A DNA stretch of 64,000 nt from an uncultured Chloroflexia bacterium (lineage in GTDB: Bacteria; Chloroflexota; Dehalococcoidia; UBA2247; RBG-13-53-26), in the NCBI GenBank assembly GCA_963720375.1, contig CAVRFM010000002.1, positions 66,008 to 130,007 of the forward strand, read 5' to 3'. The notes under the pieces are model-generated. The model was not told where the DNA came from and made no database searches. It saw nothing but the letters and a program-made list of their open reading frames with translations. Both the position numbers and the translations under genes were made by a program. Of the stretch, positions 58,233 through 64,000 are shown in pieces. Position 1 is the first letter of the stretch. Each line of letters starts with the position of its first letter.

Positions 58233-59192
58233 CTAGTCCAGGTGGCGGAGTCCTGATGCCGCTAGCCGCAACCCACTTGCACTTCCCCTAATTCCAAGCC
58301 AGCACAGAACGAAGGCTGCGAGCGCCAGACCGCCATATACCACGAGAAGTACGACGGCAAACAGTGCCATCAGCGCCCAAGCCTCGAGTAAGGGTTTGAC
58401 ATCGTGCACCATGATCCAAGAACCAACCAGCGCTCCTCCAATGAGAAGCGCCCAAGAGACAACGAGAAGCCACCACCTGCCTCTGAACAGGCGATTCCGC
58501 CAGGATTTGTCAACCGCAATCATTAATGGCGACATCGCCAATACGGCCAGCATGAAGACTCTAAATGTCGGATTCGCATACAAGTGATAGTCGAAGATGA
58601 GCCACAGCACGGCGGCTAGGGCGGCTACAATTGCTGTGCCCATCCATAGATGGAAGATTCGGCGAACTTTCGGGTTCTTCATTTTCCATACGAGTACAGT
58701 CATGGCAACAGCAGACCCATTCGCCAAGAGCCAGGTGACAAATGTCCGGTGGTTGTGAGAGCTGAAGACAGAGTAGTTCATGAACCCGAAACTGACTACC
58801 CCCGCTACCATAGCATCCGGCACCCTATAGTGGCGCAGTTTGTCACTCCACACGGCAGTCTTAGCAGCAAGCCAAGCGGGGACGAAAGGCGCGCACCTGC
58901 CTATGTCATCTGGCAACCCCCTCACTAACCTAAGGAAGATCTTGACTGCGATCACTTTGTTGGAATCCCCGCCAAGGCGATGTTCAGTGATTTCGTCGCG
59001 CAGATCGGCCTGCATTTCCTCACGGTGAGCCCTTCCCTCTTCCGATCCAATTGCCACGTATAGCCAATTTCTGATTGCCACAAAGTGCAGCACGACAGGC
59101 AAGGCCCAGGCTTCCACCGTTGTGCCTATCAGTATGCTCAGGCCGATCGACACCAAATAGGCTATCATACCCCTGCCACTCCAAGACCCCAA
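58233..59192 (-). CDS. integral membrane protein (multi-TM), PadR-associated
   Basis: 319 aa with about 8 hydrophobic helices. Its start overlaps the stop of the upstream padR gene. Confidence 0.55.
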   Translation of the reverse strand: MGSWSGRGMIAYLVSIGLSILIGTTVEAWALPVVLHFVAIRNWLYVAIGSEEGRAHREEMQADLRDEITEHRLGGDSNKVIAVKIFLRLVRGLPDDIGRCAPFVPAWLAAKTAVWSDKLRHYRVPDAMVAGVVSFGFMNYSVFSSHNHRTFVTWLLANGSAVAMTVLVWKMKNPKVRRIFHLWMGTAIVAALAAVLWLIFDYHLYANPTFRVFMLAVLAMSPLMIAVDKSWRNRLFRGRWWLLVVSWALLIGGALVGSWIMVHDVKPLLEAWALMALFAVVLLVVYGGLALAAFVLCWLGIRGSASGLRLAASGLRHLD

Positions 59193-59518
59193 ACCTTGCC
59201 CCTCTCTTGCACACCCGCAGGATACGACGGTGCCGTAGCATGTGCACCGACAAGCCGGTAGTACCTGCGTCGCGGCCGATTCTCATCCGTGGCCGATAGT
59301 TCCTCCCACCTGCTTTGCAGCAATCCCTGCTGTTGAAGTCGCGCCAGCGCTCGGTACAGCGTCCCATACCCTATCAGGCGCCGTGCCCCCTCCTGGTCCC
59401 TTAGTTGCTTGGCGATCTGAAAACCATGGAACTCGGGGAGGCCTTGCTCTTGGAGCCGCGACGCCACCTCCAAAATAGAGCGTTCAATGGGCGTAAGAGC
59501 GCCCGGTTTTCTACGCAT
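59165..59518 (-). CDS. PadR-family transcriptional regulator
   Basis: Winged-HTH: LTPIERSILEVASRL...HGFQIAKQL...GTLYRALARLQQQGLL...RRRYYRL. The likely start is the ATG at 59518. The longer ORF extends to 59617. Confidence 0.75.
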   Translation of the reverse strand: MRRKPGALTPIERSILEVASRLQEQGLPEFHGFQIAKQLRDQEGARRLIGYGTLYRALARLQQQGLLQSRWEELSATDENRPRRRYYRLVGAHATAPSYPAGVQERGKVWGLGVAGV

Positions 59519-60212
59519 GTAACAATTATGTGCACATATTCTCCTTTTTGTCAAGTCCGTACCACCTGAATTCACACTCCGCCCGATTGTGGCGCACGAA
59601 CCACGGAAGCCCACCATTGGTGGCGCTCTCTCAGACTGTCTGGATGGAAACGGGTGGGGAAACCTGAGGCGGCGACACAGGCGAGCCGCAGTAAGCCTGC
59701 ACTAGCCTGCAGGCCCGTTCGGACGGTAGGGTTCCGCGCATCGTGCTTAATACGACGACTGTGCTGGCCTGTAACTCGGCCGGAAGATAATTGCCCTGGG
59801 AAATTGGAGCCTAATGGCCAAGACGGCTTTGTGATGGTAGAATCAGGGTGTCGAAAGATCCCGAGGTGGGGCCAAAAGCGACACCCTGATTGCCTCCAAA
59901 AATGCACCTCCAGGGTGGACTTTCAAATATGGTGAGCCGCGGGGGATTCGGCCCCCCGACGCCCTGATTAAAAGATACAAGCGTATGGTGACGGATGGTG
60001 AATCGTAGTAACTCCGAGTGGCTTTTTGTGAGGGATTTTGGCTGTTGTTGTACCGCTTATTACCTCGGTGTACCTCTGCGTGGTCAGAAGTTCGTTAGCA
60101 AAAATGTTAGCAGAATTTTCCTCTTTGACCCTACACACTATGTGCTTCGATAGCTAACCGATCATGGCCAGAGGCGGCACCGTCCTGACAAGCTTTGGTC
60201 GCCTCCCCACAT

Positions 60213-60926
60213 TCAACCATTAGCTTGTATGTAACACGCGCGACACAACGGTTTGTCCATGCTGACTTTCCTCGTCTTTCCGCACCGATGACAGAAATTC
60301 TCTGGGTAGTCGATATCCTTATACTCATTCCATTTGACGAAGTCGTTTAGACACAGTGGCCGGTCAGGGTTATACTCTTTTACCTGCCCACATCTTATGC
60401 AGTAACCCTCACTGGGAGTACCCTTGAGGCTCTTTGAGATGTCCTTAAGACCCTGTTTGACACCCCTTCCAAATACAGCCAACACACCTTTTGCCTCTCT
60501 CTTAGTCTCTGGCGAACCGAGTATTGACTCTACCTCGCTAACCGCCTCACTATATATGCTGTTATCATCTTCCTTCTGCACCAAGACTCCCATTTCAGGG
60601 TTCTTCTTCTCCGAGAACTCATACAGGTTCATAGATGTAATAATCAGCTGGTTTTCGTTATAGTAGCACTTCGCATGAAGGTTCGGATGACAGTACAGTG
60701 AAAGGTTCTTCAGAGTATCGAGTTTCGCCTTTTCCTCAGACTCAAGTTCGCCCTCGCGATAGATCAGGGTTATCTTCACTGCCTTGTTGTCGGCAGCCTT
60801 CAAGTTGCGAAGATGATTAGTGCTGATCTGCACAAAGGGCGAAACCAATACTAACTTTTCTTTGGCGTTCTTTATGATCTGTTCAAGCCGGTAAGACGCA
60901 GCGTTAGTCGTCAAGAACTCCGCCAT
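60213..60926 (-). CDS. PLD-like (HKD-family) nuclease domain protein with C-terminal double zinc ribbon. Cargo of the integrative element.
   Basis: HAKCYYNENQLIITSMNL matches the HxK(x)4(D/E)(x)6(G/S)xN PLD/Nuc signature. NPEMGVLVQKED follows. The C-terminus has CIRCG...CLNDF and CHRCG...CRACY. GC is low relative to flanking DNA. Confidence 0.6.
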   Translation of the reverse strand: MAEFLTTNAASYRLEQIIKNAKEKLVLVSPFVQISTNHLRNLKAADNKAVKITLIYREGELESEEKAKLDTLKNLSLYCHPNLHAKCYYNENQLIITSMNLYEFSEKKNPEMGVLVQKEDDNSIYSEAVSEVESILGSPETKREAKGVLAVFGRGVKQGLKDISKSLKGTPSEGYCIRCGQVKEYNPDRPLCLNDFVKWNEYKDIDYPENFCHRCGKTRKVSMDKPLCRACYIQANG

Positions 60927-61049
60927 GAATACACCTCCATGTCGATATTCCTATAACACCTCAGCTATCATAGCTTGATGGCACGAATATCACAATTGCC
61001 CGCTCTGGTAGTCGTGGGTCGAGCTACCCATAACACGAGGCTGGGAATA

Positions 61050-61078
61050 GGCAAGAATTTGACAACAATTGATAAATA
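61050..61078 (+). promoter_or_regulatory. candidate promoter for the LuxR-type gene
   Basis: TTGACA, a 17-bp spacer and TACCGT, about 40 nt upstream of 61117. Confidence 0.3.
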
Positions 61079-61116
61079 GAGTACCGTGGTACTTAATATA
61101 GATGCTGAGGTGAAAG

Positions 61117-61599
61117 ATGTGGGGTAGAAAAGACGAGCTGCCGTTACCACGTTGTAAGGTTTCAATCAATCCCAGTTATGAATGGTCTGAAGATGCCAGG
61201 GCACTGGGTGTGTCACACAGAGAGCTAGAAGTGTTTGCCCTACTGATGGACGGGCACGACAATAGAGAGATCGGGCAGATACTGGATATTCAGTATCAAT
61301 CGGTAAAGAATCACACATTCAATCTGTACAGGAAGCTGAGTGCGAGAAACATGGCAGAGGCGATGAAACTATTGTTGTTCGGGAACTGCATAACAGTAGA
61401 GCCGCGTGGGATTGACTGGAAATATGACAGGGAAAAGTGGATGCGAGAGACGAAATGGCTGTTGGACGAGTCAAACACTCGTGTGACTGAAGGGCAACGA
61501 CAGGAGGTCAGGGAGTTCTTATTGGAGCACGGAATCTATGGCAAGTTTTACGCTGACAGAGTCAAGGAACTAAGGGAAGACGAAGATAAGGAGACTTGA
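61117..61599 (+). CDS. LuxR/GerE-type HTH DNA-binding protein
   Basis: LSHRELEVFALLMDGHDNREIGQILDIQYQSVKNHTFNLYRKL is a LuxR C-terminal-type HTH. Confidence 0.65.
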   Translation: MWGRKDELPLPRCKVSINPSYEWSEDARALGVSHRELEVFALLMDGHDNREIGQILDIQYQSVKNHTFNLYRKLSARNMAEAMKLLLFGNCITVEPRGIDWKYDREKWMRETKWLLDESNTRVTEGQRQEVREFLLEHGIYGKFYADRVKELREDEDKET

Positions 61600-62591
61600 G
61601 AAAGGAGTTGGCTCTACCGGATCAGATCGAGAGCCAACGGAAGGAACAAGTAGCGCGGAGCGAAGCGGAGTGCCAGATGCGAGAGCCGAAGTGCGACGGT
61701 GGTCTTAACGCGGACGGGGTAGTAGATGCCCCGGACGCCACTGGCGTCCGGGCGTCGGCTCCTCCTTCTTTCCTTGTCCGTAATAACGTTAATGTCAACG
61801 CGCAGCTTTACCGAGCAATGGGTTTGATTATAATGTGGGACTTCTTGGAACATAAAGGACGTATTGGTAGGACATATCTCGTCGTGAACTCGAAAGAAGA
61901 GCCGAGAAAAGTGAGGGTGATGCCGGTGAGGTGGCGAAACAGGTATTTTGACGAGGGGCGATTGTATATGTCTCGAAAAATGATGAAAAGGCTCGGTAAG
62001 TATGAGAGGGTCCCAGGGCTAATGATGACATTGACCTATGACCCTAAGAAGATAAGCAAGCGAGAGGCTTGGGCTAATTTTGGGAAAGACATAAGGCGAT
62101 TCCTGAACGCCATAAACCAGTACCGGCGGCGACGAGGCTGGCGAAGGACACACTATCTTTGGGTTGTCGAAGTGCAGCCTGGAACAGGGTATCCTCATGT
62201 TCATATCTTCTTCCCGAATCTGAGATTTCTAGCACCACTGAATGTTCTCAATGGGAATTGGAAACGAGGCAGGTCTAATATTGAGAAGCCAAGAAAGATC
62301 GATGTTAATTGCGCAGGTTATATCTCGAAATATCTGAGGAAAATGCGCGGCTGGTCAGACCTGCATCTTGCTCTATTATGGAAGGGCCACTGTCGGATGT
62401 ACGGCTTTTCAAGAGGTTTCTCGATACGAGTGGAGAAGAAGGAATCTGAATGGCGACGATGGCGTGTCGTTGAAATAAGAGACGTTGAGGGGTTCGAGAA
62501 GTCGCTAGAAGATGGTGGTTTCGTTGTTGAAGGTAGGGAGAAAAAGGATGGGGCTGTAGCCCCTCCTGTCAGAGGTCAAAACGCCGATTAA
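61596..62591 (+). CDS. HUH-superfamily rolling-circle replication initiator (Rep)
   Basis: RCR motif I (MMTLTYD), motif II HUH (HVHIFF) and motif III catalytic Tyr (YISKYLRK) occur in the canonical order and spacing. The start is uncertain: TTG at 61596, or an internal ATG at 61677. Confidence 0.7.
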   Translation: MRKELALPDQIESQRKEQVARSEAECQMREPKCDGGLNADGVVDAPDATGVRASAPPSFLVRNNVNVNAQLYRAMGLIIMWDFLEHKGRIGRTYLVVNSKEEPRKVRVMPVRWRNRYFDEGRLYMSRKMMKRLGKYERVPGLMMTLTYDPKKISKREAWANFGKDIRRFLNAINQYRRRRGWRRTHYLWVVEVQPGTGYPHVHIFFPNLRFLAPLNVLNGNWKRGRSNIEKPRKIDVNCAGYISKYLRKMRGWSDLHLALLWKGHCRMYGFSRGFSIRVEKKESEWRRWRVVEIRDVEGFEKSLEDGGFVVEGREKKDGAVAPPVRGQNAD

Positions 62592-62611
62592 GCGGCAGAG
62601 GAGCAGCGCGA

Positions 62612-62851
62612 ATGCAAAAGGAGATGGCGAGTAACAGCGGGGGCGGGAAAGGTGGTTTATCACACCTCCCCCCACTTGAGGGCAGGACGTGCATTAGTGT
62701 ACCGGAAGCAGCGGAGATGCTCGGCATATCCAGGAACTTTGCCTATGAACTGGTCAAGAGGCGAGAACTGCCTGCGGTGAAATTGGGCAAGAGGTTGCTG
62801 ATACCGAGAGCAGCGTTAGAGAAGCGGCTGGAAAAAGAGGTGGCAGAATGA
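62612..62851 (+). CDS. xis: excisionase / AlpA-MerR-like HTH DNA-binding protein
   Basis: 79 aa containing ISVPEAAEMLGISRNFAYELVKRRELPAVKLGKRLLIPRAAL. Its stop overlaps the integrase start (ATGA). Confidence 0.65.
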   Translation: MQKEMASNSGGGKGGLSHLPPLEGRTCISVPEAAEMLGISRNFAYELVKRRELPAVKLGKRLLIPRAALEKRLEKEVAE

Positions 62852-64000
62852 AAGGGCACGTTTACAAGAGGTCGCAAGGGAGCTGGACGATAGTCTATGA
62901 CTTGCGCCTGATTCAATGACGGGGAAGCGGCGGCAGAAGTCGCAAACGGTGAAAGGCACGAAAAGGGATGCAGAGCGTGCGCTTCGTGAAGTACTGCTGT
63001 CACTTGAGCAAGGCACTTATGTGAAGGCGAACAAAATTACTCTTGGTGAATGGCTGAGGCGGTGGCTGAAGGACTACGCCTCTATGAATATCACCGACAG
63101 GACATTGGAAAGCTATAGGTCTATTGTGGAGTGCCACTTGATACCGTCGTTAGGCAAGATCACGCTCACTGATCTGCAACCTCTGCATATACAGGACTAC
63201 TACACAGAAAAGCGGTTGAACGGTAGGGCTGATGGGAAAGGTGGTCTGTCCGGTAGAAGCATACTGTATCAGCATCGGATACTATCTAAGTCACTGGATT
63301 ATGCAGTGAAGATGGGGCTGGTTGTGCGAAACGTGGCCAAGGTCGTTGAGCCGCCCAGGGTGGCAAAGGTGACAATGAGGACACTGTCGCCTGAAGAAGT
63401 CACGAGGCTTCTTGATGTGGCCAGGGAAACGGACTATTACGTGTATTTCGCTACGCTGCTCTATACTGGCTTGAGGCGTGGTGAGCTGCTCGCGCTACGG
63501 TGGCGCAATCTGGATTTGCATAGCGGGACATTGACAGTGGTGGAGACGGGCTACAAGCTCGGTGATGGGCGGTACATCATCAAAGAGCCAAAAACGGCGC
63601 AGAGCCGGCGCAGTGTAATCCTGCCGCCTTCCCTTGTTGAACTGTTGAAGGCGTATCGGGCTGACCAGGAGCTATTAAGGATTCAGCTAGGTATTGGCTT
63701 GAACGCTGATGATTTTGTCTTCATAAGGCTAGACGGAAGCCCGATCAATCCTGGTGCGGTCTCGCTCGCCTTTCGGCGGATCATTAAGAGAGCCGGGTTG
63801 AAGCACATCAGAATCCATGATTTGAGGCATACCCATGCTACTTTGATGCTCAAGGCGGGTATTCATCCGAAGGTGGTTTCTGAGCGGCTAGGGCATGCCA
63901 ATATCGGCATTACTCTTGACACATACAGCCATGTACTACCTGGACTGCAAGAGGCGGCGGCTGACAAGTTTGATAGGATATTCGAGACTGGCACAGAGCT
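62848..64000 (+). pseudogene. int: tyrosine-type site-specific recombinase/integrase, 3' end beyond the window. It has a 1-nt frameshift near 62910.
   Basis: MKGHVYKRSQGSWTIVYDL then a stop. The protein continues in the next frame: TGKRRQKSQTVKGTKRDAERALREVL...RIHDLRHTHATLMLKAGIHPKVVSERLGHANIGITLDTYSHV, the R..HxxR..Y catalytic box region. It is not in the ORF track because no stop occurs within the window. Confidence 0.85.

Noticed and set aside
59930-59976. Possible full tRNA gene
   Set aside because: Only a T-arm/acceptor-3'-like fragment is present. The T-loop is non-canonical, and no D-arm or anticodon arm can be built from the adjacent sequence. Reported only as a possible att remnant.
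1-64000. CRISPR arrays and rRNA genes
   Set aside because: No short direct repeats with regular spacers and no rRNA-like conserved segments were seen. The only regular repeats are the 231-bp coding repeats in the adhesin gene and the PAS-linker repeats in the sensor kinase.

Overview
This 64-kb window is a moderately high-GC contig, apparently from an anaerobic bacterium. The mixture of archaeal-type CdhABC and bacterial AcsCDE/CooC Wood-Ljungdahl genes, an alpha2-type GlyRS and overall composition suggests a Chloroflexota/Dehalococcoidia-like acetogen; this is inference only.

Gene content, left to right:
- 1-6.6 kb (minus strand): a beta-oxidation-like operon with four acyl-CoA dehydrogenase genes (one partial at the window edge, one frameshifted), an SCP-x-type thiolase and an HMG-CoA-synthase-like/DUF35 fusion.
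- 7-18 kb: a KstD-like FAD oxidoreductase and housekeeping genes (polA, MBL hydrolase, glyQS, HicAB toxin-antitoxin, HDAC-like deacetylase, orphan CheY).
- 18-22.8 kb: a giant cytoplasmic MEDS-multiPAS-HisKA_3 sensor kinase broken by two frameshifts.
- 22.8-24.4 kb: an AT-rich islet with an uncharacterised overlapping two-gene cassette; the second protein is HEPN/DUF4145-like.
- 24.7-36 kb: isochorismatase, DEAD-box helicase, a large frameshifted MBG-repeat surface adhesin, an SPFH/flotillin-like protein, two tandem tiny membrane-protein paralogs behind a perfect consensus sigma70 promoter, sbcD and fmt.
- 36-57 kb (plus strand): an SDR epimerase followed by a mosaic Wood-Ljungdahl cluster. 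It contains acsE, acsD (frameshifted), cdhA (frameshifted), two NuoE/NuoF-like modules, cdhB, cdhC, acsC and cooC, then three tandem ADP-forming acetyl-CoA synthetase alpha-like paralogs.
- 57-64 kb: hypothetical/PadR/membrane genes, then a lower-GC integrative element carrying a PLD-like nuclease/Zn-ribbon gene, a LuxR-type HTH gene, an HUH rolling-circle Rep, an excisionase and a frameshifted tyrosine integrase that runs off the window end.

At least ten genes in the window carry single-nucleotide frameshifts. No CRISPR array, rRNA or complete tRNA was seen. The most interesting unexplained items are the integrative element with its nuclease cargo and the two-gene cassette at 23.2-24.4 kb.
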